DNA of 64,000 nt, from assembly GCA_905178155.1 (NCBI GenBank), contig CAJINV010000009.1, positions 2,519,373 through 2,583,372 on the forward strand. The letters are read 5' to 3'. Source of the DNA: Amoebophrya sp. A120 (lineage: Eukaryota; Protista; Dinoflagellata). Positions 12,605-24,970 of this stretch are shown here, one piece after another (within the stretch, counting starts at the first letter, position 1; the number at the start of each line of letters is the position of its first letter). Below the pieces are notes generated by a model, which worked only from the letters and a program-made list of their open reading frames with translations, did not search any database and was not told the origin of the DNA. The position numbers and the translations under genes are program-made.

Positions 12605-15600
12605 TCACTCCCGGAAGTTTTCGTCTGGTCCGGGCGCCGCCGACCAGTCGAACCATTCGCGCAGCTGCTGCATACCATCCAATATCTTCTGCGGAATGCT
12701 GGCTTCCTGTTGGCCGGTCTCCTGGTTGGTTCTGGATTTAAACAGACTTCCCCCGATTTGGATTGTAAAAATATCTGGGTCCTCCGGAAGATTCTGATAC
12801 CTGTCATGCACGTTTTGCATGAGCTGCCATGATGTCGGTGGAGATGCATGCCCTAGCATCACAGATTTGTTGAGGGCTTCTTGATGCCTCCTCCGCATGA
12901 CAAACGCTCTCTCCGCGTAGCACAAATTACGTTCTCTTTGCTGCTTATGCAATACAGATTTTTTCGGAATCCAAGTTCAGCATCACAAGTTTCATTCTGC
13001 CAGACCCAGACATATTTGCATTTGATACCCGATTTGGAAGGCTTGGGACAAATTTTCCCGCAGCACGGCCTTGATCTTTTTTCCGAACTCCGCGGAACTG
13101 ATGTGCTTTATGCGAGTGCACAACTACTCCCTCTCCCCGTCATTTGTCTTCCAAAATCCCAAATCCAGATCCAGTCACTTCCCGCCTGTGGCAAGGTTTG
13201 CATGACGAATTTCGAAGGCCCAAGCAGTACTACAGTAGGCACATAAATTTCTTGTCATGCACAGGCTCCAGGGTCGCTGGCGTTTGGGTTTGTATTGCTG
13301 TTAATGCAATACAAATGAGGGGGAGTAGTTGTGCAGTGTCATAAGCCTCCGGAAATGTTGCGAAAACCGGCGCCAGACGCTCGTCGCGACCTCTGCGAGT
13401 TGCAGCTCTTTCTCCAGGTTTTGCCTTTTTTGCTGTCCTATCAACTGCAAATTTGTCTGGGTCTGGAAACTTGTGACGCAAGGAAGGGAATAGTGAGCAC
13501 ACTGTAATGCGCTGCCAAGCATGACAAGTTTTTCCGTGGTTCCGGGTTGAGTACTCCGCATGAGAAGCTGCGTTTTTGCATGACAGGCAAGCGGAGCGCT
13601 TTGCGGTGACGCAGCACAGAGTTCAGAGTCATGCCGAAGTAGCATGACAGCCCTCGCATCCTTCCAGAGCCAGACACATTTGCATTCGATATGTTCTTTT
13701 CTTTCCTTTTTCGTCTTTTTCTCCGCTTCGGAGGGGGCAGCGGCCCCCCTCGCGCCCCCGCCGACAATTGGTTCTACAATCCCCTCCAGGGCGTCGCTCG
13801 CTTGCTTGGCGATGCTGGTCACTTGTTTGGCGATGGATTTCGGGGTATCAAGTGGAAAAGTGTCTGGGTCTGGAAGAATGCATGTTTGTCATGCTTGTCT
13901 GGCATGACTGGTAAATCTGTCATGCACGTGGTCACCCAAGAGCTCCATGTTTCTGTGATGCAGAAACGCAGTTTGACATGCAGAATCATAGGCAACAGCT
14001 AGAAGCTCGGAAACTTGTCATGCTGAGCCAGCATTTGTGGCGTCATCATGAGACGCCACCCAGCATCACAAGTTTCCAGAACCAGATATTTTTACGTTTG
14101 ATACGGGGTGGGAAAGCACCAAATGTTAATCAAGCCGTCCTTGATCTTTCCGGCGCGAGAGATCCAATCGTTTGTCGTCGCTCCGGTCACATAGGCCGGG
14201 AACGTATGAACTGCAAAAGTATCGCACTCGCATAAATGCATTGCAAATTTCCCCAGCATGAGAAATAAAATTTGCAATGCGGATTTGACTTAACAAAAAG
14301 ATTTGTAATGCACCATGTGATAGCAATACGAGTACGATACTTTTGCAGTGCATAGAACAAAGTCCGGAGCGTTTTCGCAGCCACCTCGTTCCGGTACTCT
14401 GCGGCTTCTTGTTTCGGCATTACACAATCGAAACGGCCTGCTCCGGTGGCACCACCACAGAAAACTTTTTTCGGATCCGCTCGTTCTAGATCCATCTTCA
14501 AATTTTTGGACAAATCGTCAAAGCTGTGCTCTTTACTTCGTTGCAGCATTTGATGATAAAGTTCTCCGCTGTCGTCAGAAGAAGAGCCGGAAGGGAATCT
14601 GGGTACACCACCCCCCGCTATGCTCGGTTGCCGCGGCCCAGGCGGACCACCGGCCGAGAGCAAAGAACCAGTGCGACGACCTTCTTGCAACAAAGATTGT
14701 TCTTGCTGCGTCCCGTCATGGTCGTCCTCTCCTGCTCCTCCGGGGACCGCATGATTGCTGTTGCTGTTACTCTCTTCGTCACTGATGCCGTCACTTACCA
14801 ATGAGGATGACCCCTCACTGGTGGTGGAAGGAGTTGCGTTCTCTTCGTCCGAAGTTGCTGATGTTCCATCCTTGGCCGGGGTTGCCGCGCTCGCTTGGAG
14901 ATGTTCCAAAAATGAGGTGGGAGCTGCGCTTGTACCGCTGCCGGCGCCGCTCCAGGTAGAAGGAGATGTTGAAGTGGCATTGAAAATGTTCCCTGCATCT
15001 TCAAAATTCTCCATAAATGAGGAGCTCCTGGACCACGGCGCAGCTCGAGCTATCAAAGTGAAAAATCCCCCCTCCCCATATCAAAAGGGAAATCTGTGAT
15101 GCGGGATTTGTGTACACAAATCCAAACTGTGTTGCAGTAGAGGACTGCAGGCAGATGCAGTGCCTGAGTAGGGGCGTCTTGCTGTAGGTGCCTAGCAAGG
15201 CAGGCGCGTCCTCTGTAGGCGATAGAGCATTACAAAGTACCTGCGAAACGCGGCTGTTTCTCTGGCTTTGCCCTCTTGCAATACAGGGACGATTTGAGGT
15301 CGCAAATCAGCATCACAGATTTTCAGTAGTGCCCCTTTTTGGTATGGGGAGGGGAGATTTTTCCTCACAATACGAGCTGATGAAGAACTACCTCCAACAG
15401 CCCCACCCATAAGAATCGCCGCGCATCAAGTGTAAAAATGTCTGGGTCTGGAAACTTGTGATGCTGGGTGGAGTCTCATGATGAGGCTACAGATGCTGGC
15501 TCAGCATGACAAGTTTCTGAGCTCCTAGGTGTTGCGTATTCTGCATGACAAACTGCGCTTCTGCATCACAGAAAAACAGAGCTCTTGGGTAACGTGCATG

Positions 15601-18600
15601 ACAGATTTAAGTCTTAAATCTGTTAAATTAAGAGTCATGCCAGACAAGCATGACAAACATGAATTCTTCCAGACCCAGACATTTTTACAGTTGATACCGC
15701 GAAGTCCTGCGCAATTCTGTGCACCGCTTTGGCAAAGGTCGAGTCGAGAAAAATCATCATCAGGCTCGACGCCTGTTGCCAAACCCGCTGCACCGTTTCC
15801 GAGATGAGTTTGGGCAGGCCCGGCACGGGAATGGCCTCCACCAGGCTTTTCAGGGGGTCGATCACATGCTTTTGCACCTGGTCGCTGATCAGCAGCGTGC
15901 TGATTTCGTTGGGACACACCAGCCCGTCGTTGTTGGTGTCCAGCGTCTCAATCCACACCGAAATCTGCGCCGACAAGAGCCCGGACATCACCTCGGGCAC
16001 AACTTCCTCGAAAAATTCCTGCATCTTCTCTTGGAACGCCTGAACGGTATCCGCAGGAAAAGCATCGCGCAACTTCACGTAGTTCTAATCGCATGGCAAA
16101 GAGAAAGATCTGGTTTTGTAATTGAATCCACATGACAAAAAAGACTTCCTTACCTGCTTGTTCTTTGAGAATAAATTCATTGTCCTCATGCGATTGGTAC
16201 AACTAGTACGATGCTTTTGCACTGCATACACGGCGTTCACAACCCATTCCGTTCCAGCAAGCCAGTCGCGCAGATCCTGGGCACCAACCTGGGGCGGTTC
16301 AGCAAGCGAATACATCACGCGGGTGAACTGGGTGGCAACGATCGCCGTCAGACTCAGCTCCTTCACGGGCAGCCGGATATCAAATGCAAAAGTGTCTGGG
16401 TCTGGAAGAGTCATGCTGTTTCTGCATGACGCCGGAGGTCTGGTATGGAAGCTCTAGCATCACAGGTTTCGAGAAGCTTCGCTTCCGCAATGCCGAACCC
16501 GCATGACAAATCCCCCACTGTGGTGACAGAAAGTGGGCAGCTTTTGCTACCCATGCATGAGTGATTTTTGTGTGTAGTTCTGAAATGCGCATCACAGGTT
16601 ACATCCTTCCAGACCCAGACATTTTTGCAGTTGATACCGGAGGAACCCCGGCAACTGCTGCGGCTCCCCCCGGTCCCGTACGGCCGGCTTGCACCCGAGG
16701 AGGTCCTCGATCTCCCGCGATAATTTGTGGCACTTCTCACTAGTGGCAGCCTGGTCCAATTTGGTCCAGGACACGTTGTCGAAAACGTCCGTGCACTCAA
16801 CCAAGTTCGAACCGCCCCGGTTTTGGTTTGTTCCCTCTCTCTGCTATGGATGTGTCAGGATCGAAATCAACAAAGTCGAAAAAATTGTGATGCATAAAAT
16901 GTAGGGCACTGGAGGCCTGTATTGGGGAGAAGGCAAATGAGGCCGACTGTAAGCCTGTTTAGGGGTATGCAATGCGACGCTAGAGTAGCACGACAGGAGC
17001 AGTCTTCTTTGCCCAAACAGCACGACAGACCGGATTTGGGTGCTCCCGAAATTTGTCATGCGCCGCTTGCAAACTGAGGCTCCAACTGGTATCGATGTTA
17101 TGCATCGCAAGTTTTTCGATTTTGTCAATTTCGATTCTGACACTTCCATATCTGCTCTCGCGCCCGTATCTTGGCCCTCACCTCGGCTGCTGCCATGAAC
17201 TCCGCCGCCCGGCCCGACATCGCTGTGTCGTCGACATTGTAGCAGGTCTCCCGCTATGCATTGCAAATATGTTGTCTGGGTCTGGAAACTTGTGATGCGG
17301 GTAGGACAACCATGAGGACGCCTCAACTTGCAGCTCGGCATGACAAGAAGTTTCCGAGTACCTACGGTATTGATATTGTGTATTCTGCTTCCGCATGACA
17401 AAGCGCGGCTCTGGATGACAGAAAAATGGGGCTTTTGGGTAGTGTGCATGACAGACTTTGGAATCATGCTAGCAGAGCATGACAAGCCTCGGACTCTTCC
17501 AGACCGAGACATATTTGCAATTGATACCCGCAATTCGTCATACTTCTGCATCACCCCGGTGTCGCCTGCGGCGGTCGTCCTTCTCTTTGGCGGCAACGGC
17601 TTCAGGGTCACCACAACGGTATGCATTGCAAATATGTCTGGGTCTGGAAGAGTCATGCTGCTTTTGCATGACACAGAAGGTCCGCCATGGAAGCTCTAGC
17701 ATCACAGGTTTCGAGAAGCTTCTGCAATGCCGAATCCGCATGACAAATGCCCCATTTTGGTAACAGAAAGTGGGCAACCGCAACTTTTGCTGCCTATGCA
17801 TGAGAGATTTTCATGCGTTGTGAAATGCGCATCACAAGTTGCATCCTTCCAGACCTAGACATATTTGCAATTCATAAACGGCTCCGTCTGCACCACTCGT
17901 CCCGCGCAGACGCTCCCGAGCCGCGTCCTCCAACATTCTCCGCTCCTTCCGGTCGGCGCTCTCCGCCGCGAATCTAAATTTGTTTTCCCGGGCCCGCCGC
18001 TCTTTTTCCGTTTCGTGCTCCAGATTGAACTTCAGCAGGGGTCGGTTGAGCCTCGTGTTTTCCAAGAGAAGTTTGTTGCAGAAGGCTTCCACGCGGTTCA
18101 GAGGAAGTTTGACGCTTTTCCCGTCAATCAGCTTCTGCACGCCTCGCTTGGTGTCCGGCAGGCACCCCTCGCAAAGTTGATTCTCGTTGGCTTCCTTCAA
18201 AAGCGTTGCCGTATGCTGCCGCACAGTCGCGAGCTTTTCGGTGAGAATCAAGTTGGCGATCCAACAGGCGTGGTCCCAATAAAACCCACGATCCTTCAAG
18301 AAGTCACCTTCTTCATCTATCAAAGGGAAAGATCCCCCCGTTCTTTCCCCATATCGAAGACGGGAATTGTGCTGACGCTGTAGGTGAGTAGTACACAAAT
18401 TATCGACTCGCATTTTTGCTACAAGGCCAAGAGCCGCAGGAGCTGTGGCCTCGTTTAGTGCAGGCAATTTGTCATGTTGTTTCCCACTTCCTGAAGCTGC
18501 CTCCACCTGTCATGCTGAAGATGAAAGGCTTTCCCACGCCACCCAGCACTACAGGCCGCATCTTTTCCCTTTCAGCATGACAAACCCGATTTGCCTTTGT

Positions 18601-21600
18601 GAGCACAAATCTGCATCACAGAATTCCGTTTAGATATGGCGGGGAGGGGGGATTGATTTTCTTCTTGATATCATCGGCGTTAAATCCGCTCGCCCTGTTG
18701 TCAATAGTTTGCACCTCCAAAACAAGGTTGTTGTGGAGGTCGCCGAGTTCTGTCACGAGGCCGCGCAGATCGCTGACCGCCGCCACCACGTGTGTTGGTC
18801 GCTTTCCGCTTTATCCTATGTAAAAACGCCCCCACCTCCCCATAGTTGTCACGCAAATCTGCATGCCCAAAGTGCTTCCCATGCGGAGCCCCGCCATGAG
18901 AAGCGTTTTCTAGTCGTGTGCTTTAAAAATTTGCGGCGCTCCACGAACCAGCAGAATCGGCGAGAGCTGTGACGCTGCTGAACAAACTAAACAGAATTAC
19001 ACTACGAGGCCAAACCTGTCATGCGCAACAAGCAAAGCTGGCTGATTTGCCTAGCAGATTTATTCCAATCTAGTAGACTATGGGGTGGGGACGTAGTTTT
19101 TGCTCAGGATATCTTCTCATCCGCATTCGTTTTCAGCTGGTACTGTTCCTCGAGTAGCGTGGCCACCTGTGCTACCGCATTTTTCACCTGGGCCGACTTC
19201 GCGGCGGCGCCGGGCCGCTTTGATTCTGTGTATTCGCTTTCCAATTCTTGCAGCAGCTGTTCGACCTGTTTTCGACTTGGCTCCCTGGGCTGGTCTGTCC
19301 CGAAACGGCCGGCTCGAATGATAGAGGACGGCGCCTCGTAGCGGGCAAGCTGCATGTCGGCTGGTGCCCCTCCGTTGGTGACCAGAACGCCCCCAGTAGG
19401 GGGCCGCGCCGGCGGCGTCGGCGCTTCATCATCCACCAGCTGCGAGTCCCGCCTGAATGCGACGCGTGCGGGGGGACGACGCGCAGGTGGGCGTGCATTG
19501 AACGGCACCGGATTGACGACCGATGAAGATCCACCTCCTCCTGCTGTGGTTGAAGCTCCTGCACGACCACCAGCACCAGCCCCATTGGGGTTGTTCGTCC
19601 ACCGCGTCCCAACGACGGGCCCAAGGGGGTTCGCCTGTGCAGGAGCTCCAGTCGGCAGACGTTGATTTTGATTACCCAGCTGCACCCGCACAGCACCGTT
19701 GGGAACTGGATTTATTCCTGTCGACGCCCCGCCCTGCTGCGTAGAAATTTGACCAAGACCCGTCAGGGCGGGCCCGGGGGGACCAACTCCTGCCGTCGCG
19801 CGCGCTGGTGGTCCACCTGCTTGTCCGGCAGGAGTTCTAGCTCCAAGTAAAACCGCCGGCCTCGCAGTTGGAGGGTTAAAAACCGGCTGCACTGGTTTGG
19901 AACTCCTTCCACCGTAGGAATACGCGGCACCGGCTCCTGTAGTAGGATCGGAATGGTATCGGACAATACCATCGTCATCGGTTCGACGTCCAGCTGCTGC
20001 GCCGGGTCCTGGGTTGCCGTTGAGGGCGTTCACGACGCGTGGCTGTGCTGGCCACTGTTGGGTAGGGATGGCATAAGTACCCCGTGCTGGAGTTCCTCCG
20101 CCTCCTCCGAGGAGTGTAGTTCCCGTGCTCCCACCAAGGGCGCTGCTGCTGCTGGTGTGTCCACCCAGCCGTGCTGGCCCTCTAGGTTGTGGAGCACCTG
20201 CGGGACGAGGCGGGGCACCGGCGGCGCCGACGGGTGGCCTAGCAGCTCTACCGCTGCTCATCCAAGACGCCTGCTCTCGCCTTTGCTGCTTCTGCAGCAC
20301 GCTGGAAGTGGACGCAGCTGTAGAGGCGGAGGAGCCAACATCAGGTGCCTGGCGTTGGACAGAAGCTGCTCTCCTCGAGGCAGCAGAACGCGGTCGCGTC
20401 GTGACGTCGCGATGTCGAAAGTTGTAGGTGGAGTGAGACGAACGAGGAACAGAGGGTGAATCTGTTCGCCGACCACGTGATCTTCTACCGTGATTATGCA
20501 CTGGTGGTGGATCATGATCATCAGTCACTGCAAAGCCCGAGGGAGGAGCCGCGACTTCAGGCCGCGGTGGAATCCACGAGCCCTCCTCGGGAATGTCGTT
20601 TCGCCGGCGAGGACCCACTTCTGCAACATCTTCATCTTGAAGCTGCGGCACCTCCTCATCTCGTCGTCCATTGTCGCGACGCGGTGAAGTCACTCCACCA
20701 GCTGCATCACTCGGCCCATGTGCATTCTTCGTTTCCTCCTGCTGCAACATCGATGAGATCGTGGTCGTGCTCCTGCTTGTCGTGGGCAACGAGGAGCTCC
20801 TGCTGTCAGAGGACGGGTCGTCAGCTTGAGGATTGACAGCATCATGGTCCGGCTGTTCATGTTCTTGAGAAGTGAGACGAGTGGCTTTATTTGCGGCATT
20901 TTTGGTGTTCGAGTTCGTGCTGTTCATGGTGTTGATCTGATTCATCTGGCCGGGGGATTCATGCAGCTGCGACATCATCGTTGTAATTCCAGTACCGCTT
21001 TCTCTTGTAGTATTTGTATTGTTTGCGTTCAACATAATTTTATCCTCCGGGGTGGAGGCTGTCGCTGTAGTTTTTGTCGACATCGACAACGGCGCAGAAG
21101 CTCCTCCTGCTGCGCTTCTTCTCCTACCGGTTTTAGAAGAAGTTTTAGTACCGCTCTTCTTGTTGGCTTGATGATGTTTCGGCTTGTGCGTATACTTAGA
21201 AGTAGTTGTACTACTTCCGGGGGCTGCTCGCTCTCGTCGCCCACGAGTTGTAGTTGTTCCCCCCGGCCCGCCCACCGGCCGTCGTCCACTGAGCGCCCCG
21301 AGCTGCCGGGATAAAATTTGTTGCGAACTGCCAACCAGGTGGGACTCGTCCTGTTCGTAATCTTCCTCGTCGTAATCGAAGTCCCACATCGGACCTGATG
21401 AAGATGCAACTCCCTCTGATGCAGATGTTGCTCCAGGAGACGCGGCGCTGCCTACTTCGGGTCGCAAGACATTCTTCGTGTCGTGATCGCTTGTTTTTCC
21501 ACCACGAGGATCTTCCGCTGGTACAACAGCTGGCGCAGTTCCCCCGGCGCCGCCCCTCGAAGGTGGCGCAGTGGTAGTCGTGATTTTCCCGGTGGCTGAC

Positions 21601-23235
21601 GTTTCAAAGGTTGAAGGTGTGGCCGCGCCCGGGGGTGGTGGGTCTGGTCCTTGTTCTCCTGCTCGCTCTGATGCTGGTGCTGGTCTTGCAGAAGAAGAAG
21701 CAATTATATCATGATCTTCCGCTGGTGATGCCCCCTCCTCCACGTGAGCTGCTGCGGCAGCCGCTTGTTCCACTCCACGAACTTGTTCAACATCTTCGTT
21801 GCCCCTTTTTATCGCTGCAAGAGGAGCAGGACCTTGTAGTTGCCCACTTCCTGCAGATGAAGCCTCACTGGCTGCGACACTGGTGCTGACATCTTCGCTT
21901 TTGGTCGACGACGTCGCTGATGTACTTGAAGAAGTACTAGCAGCTGTAGAAGTATTGCTGGGTTCTTCCTTATATCCTGTGCAAAAGTATCGTACTCGTA
22001 GTAATTGCAGTCATGCGTTACAAATCTCATTCCCAAGGCAAATCAGCATGACAAATTGCATTTGTCATGCTGAGGTAATTTGTCATTCAATTACTATATA
22101 TTATATTCATGCGAAAAAAGAGGTAGACAGAGGGTAAACAAGAGGTGGCCGAGAGGTCAAAAAGAGGTCAAAAGAGGTAAAAAAGAGGTCGACAGAGGTG
22201 GAGAGGTGGCGCGGGACCCCTTTCGAGAGGGTCGGCGAGAGGGTGCGCGAGTATAGCCCGCCGAAGGACCCACCTTAAGGCGGCGCCTAAGTGCCTCAGA
22301 GGGTGCAGAGAGGTCAAAAAGAGGGGGCGCGAGAGGTCGACAGAGGGCGAGAGAGGTGGCGCGAATAAGGGCCAACCTCTCGCGCACCCTCTCGGCCACC
22401 TCTGGGCCACCTCTGTCGACCTCTACCCGCGAGTATAGCCGGATTATTAGCGGGGACCCCCAAAAGAGGTAAAAAAGAGGGTCTGCGAGGGGTCTGCGAG
22501 AGGGTAAAGACACAAAGTGGCGGGCGCGAATCCGCATGGTATTCCCCATATTTAGCATTGCAGGCCCTTCGCGGACTTGTTTTGTTCGGCGCCAGCCCCC
22601 GCCACCCTCTCGCGCCACCCTCTCGCGCCACCCTCTCGCGCCCCCCTCCCACACTGAAGTCATTGAAAAAGCGGCGCCGGGGAATGGGGTGGGGCCGGTT
22701 CTTGGTTCGTCTTGATTAACGAAAGGCATGCGTAGCGGACTGGTGTGGCATCTAGGTGCCTCCTGTTCTGCCCCAATGCTAGTGGTAGCTCCTCCCTGCG
22801 CAGAGCGCCCTTAGGCGCGGGAAGCGCGCAGACGGTGCTGAGGGGGCCTAAGTATGCATGTCGTTGTGGTCCGGTCCGCAAGCAGTTCAAACCCGGCCAA
22901 ACAGCCGCGCGCTCCGGCGGTAGCCGGAGCATGGCTGGTTTATACTAGTACGATACTTTTGCAGTTCATACCTTATTTTCTTCTCGAAAATAAAACTGTT
23001 CTTGCGCAGCTTCCTCTTGCTCCTTTACCTGGAACCCCGCAGCAAGCTGGATGTTGTTGAATAACAAGTGCTGTTGAACCTCCGCAAACAAACTCACGAC
23101 ACTGGCGGCCGCCCAGATGATCCTGCTCGTCGTCGTGGTCTTGTGGTTGACCATGATGCTCAACATCTTGCGCTGATGGGCAACCAGCGGGACGAAAGAA
23201 GTAGAAGTTGTAGAGGTCGTGCTAGAGGTGGACAT
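12605..23235 (-). CDS. Gene A: large putative secreted protein with an EF-hand-like loop, paralog of gene B (start uncertain, 23154-23235)
   Basis: ORF pieces join across 15 introners (most junctions checked); hydrophobic N-terminus; PMWDFDYDEEDYEQDESHL block; loop DTNNDGLVCPNE; ends PDENFRE*. Confidence 0.75.
12757..13027. mobile_element. Introner F2
   Basis: TSD CCCGA; direct repeat extends to CCCGATTTGGA. Confidence 0.88.
13109..13343. mobile_element. Introner F11
   Basis: TIR TGCACAACTACTCCC; TSD diverged TGCTT/AGCCT. Confidence 0.85.
13439..13691. mobile_element. Introner F2
   Basis: TSD TGTCC/TGTTC. Confidence 0.9.
13846..14103. mobile_element. Introner F2
   Basis: TSD CGGGG. Confidence 0.9.
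14205..14354. mobile_element. Introner F1
   Basis: TSD GAACG/GAACA. Confidence 0.9.
15051..15372. mobile_element. Introner F9
   Basis: TIR AAAAATC..CCCTCCCCATA; TSD CGAGC. Confidence 0.9.
15424..15696. mobile_element. Introner F2
   Basis: TSD CCGCG. Confidence 0.92.
16081..16228. mobile_element. Introner F1 with the left terminus deleted
   Basis: Right TIR intact; flanks CACGT/CACGG. Confidence 0.75.
16378..16636. mobile_element. Introner F2
   Basis: TSD CCGGA. Confidence 0.92.
16845..17150. mobile_element. Introner F10
   Basis: TIR TATGGA.GTGTCAG.ATCGAAAT; TSD TCTGC. Confidence 0.92.
17255..17526. mobile_element. Introner F2
   Basis: TSD CCCGC. Confidence 0.9.
17620..17876. mobile_element. 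Introner F2
   Basis: TSD AACGG. Confidence 0.92.
18318..18670. mobile_element. Introner F9
   Basis: TSD TCATC. Confidence 0.85.
18812..19111. mobile_element. Introner F8
   Basis: TIR present; TSD eroded, but element+5 nt removal restores the frame. Confidence 0.85.
21973..22970. mobile_element. Introner F1 carrying a nested ~850-bp element
   Basis: TSD CCTTA; both TIRs intact. Confidence 0.9.
22091..22938 (+). mobile_element. Non-autonomous Helitron-like element nested in an introner
   Basis: Starts TTACTATAT; hairpin GCTCCGGC-GGTA-GCCGGAGC (22911-22930) then CTGG; sits between A and T with no TSD. Confidence 0.65.
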
Positions 23236-24970
23236 CAAGAAGAGCTTTGTTCTACCGTCGGCGTTCTCAGGTAGGTCGTGATTTACTGCCGCAAGGTTTT
23301 TGCGGTTGACTTTGACCTTGAGCTTGAACGACCCTTAGCGGGAGCTGGTTCTACGATGGATAGGGTCGGCTCGCTCTTTATTCGGGTGCCAGCCTAAACA
23401 GGACTGTAGTTTCCTTCGTCTTCGTTGAGTTCGCTCCTGCAAGTCGATGGGCAGCGGCTGGTGGAAATCGTAATCGAGTGCTTGTTTCTGTTGTACACAA
23501 CTGACGCCTTGTTGACCCCGCTGTGTTGTGTTCTTTCCGAATCGTCTCTAGTGCGAGGACGTGGGTAGGATGAAGATGATCACGTTGCTGGTGGCAGTCG
23601 TGATGTGCCCGCTAGTACCTGAGTGTTTTCCGCTACTCTCTCCTCCAATCAGAAGAGGCAGAGGGCCAACGCAACCAGTTTACGGTCGTGCTCGTGGCTA
23701 ATCAACTTTATTAATTTAGTACAAGAACCAGGGCGACGAGGTGGATAAGAGTAAGACACCAGAGTGCAGAAAGTCTTTGAAGCAATAGCGTTTTCGTTAC
23801 GAAGAACTACGTCACCACGAAAGACAAAAGCTTTTAACTGAGTAGGAATAGGAAAGGTGAAAGTCGTAAGTAAGTAAACTATGGGGTTGTTGTAGTTTTA
23901 TTTCTCAATATGATTACAGATCCGGGGGGTGGAGGACGTAAGTTTGACGAAACAAACCTGGGTGAAGCGATAAAATAACGAGGTGAAGACTTAGAGTTAG
24001 AATTTCCTAGACGATGGCATTGCGAGTACAAAAAGTAAGCACACATCGTGCGCTTCTGCTTTTGTAGTGCTAGAACCGAGTCGTGGCAACGAAGCAAGAC
24101 CGAAACGCACGAACCTAAAGAGCACGACAATGACTACCGAGCGGGGTGCTGTGCTATGACTTGTATGTTGTCCCCGATGACGAAGACTTGTAATTGTACG
24201 TGCTGGTCTAGTACCGACTGAATCTTCTTGCACCAGAGTTGTACGAAAAACGTTGCTAGGCCGACGAGGACGAGGTCATAAAAGCCTGTGGACGATTCAC
24301 GGTTTGTCATGCAATGCGAAACGACTTCCATTTGATGAGAGTAGGCTGACCGCTCTCCGGTGTTCGTCGAGCAAAGGTGCCGCGATATTAATAGTCTACT
24401 GGTATTTCTTACTAGCGTTCCCTTTGCACTAGCACTGAAATTTGTCCAGCAGGTATACGACATTCGTGTTCCTGCAAGGTATCTCGTCCGACGCGGTAGC
24501 AAAGTTCCTCCGTTCACCTTGTCGAGCATCAGAAGGGGGGGCTGGATCAAAAGTAAAAGTAAAACATCGTTGTCGGAATAAAAATTGGGTTCATCGAAAA
24601 AGTTGCACCTACTTGTAAGCATGCATACTCGCGAAAATAAAAAGAAAAAAAGCTAGAAAATTTTGAATTTGTATACGTGATGAACGAAATGTTGGTAATG
24701 GGGACGTCGATAGAACTAGATTATCTTCTAGCCGTCACACGTAAATAAACTTTGGTAATCGTACTGATAGTGCAGTGTCAAAAAGAAAATTACAGTCACG
24801 CTTGAACAGACTTCATACATTTCTTTGAACATTGACGTCTTGGCGTTCCTAAAATAAGTTTAAATGCCTCGAGTTTTTGTAAATAAAATATTCGCGGCCA
24901 TCAAGATATTGAGCGAACTTCTCGTTGTAGTTGTGAAATCACGATAAGGTCGCTTTACTAAAATTCTACT

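Larger units (their letters stand above)
10921..12607 (-). pseudogene. Inserted DNA copy of the last exons and downstream region of gene B
   Basis: High similarity to 24153-25486; lies after the gene A stop; flanked by a 52-bp direct repeat (10868-10919 = 12608-12659). Confidence 0.8.
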
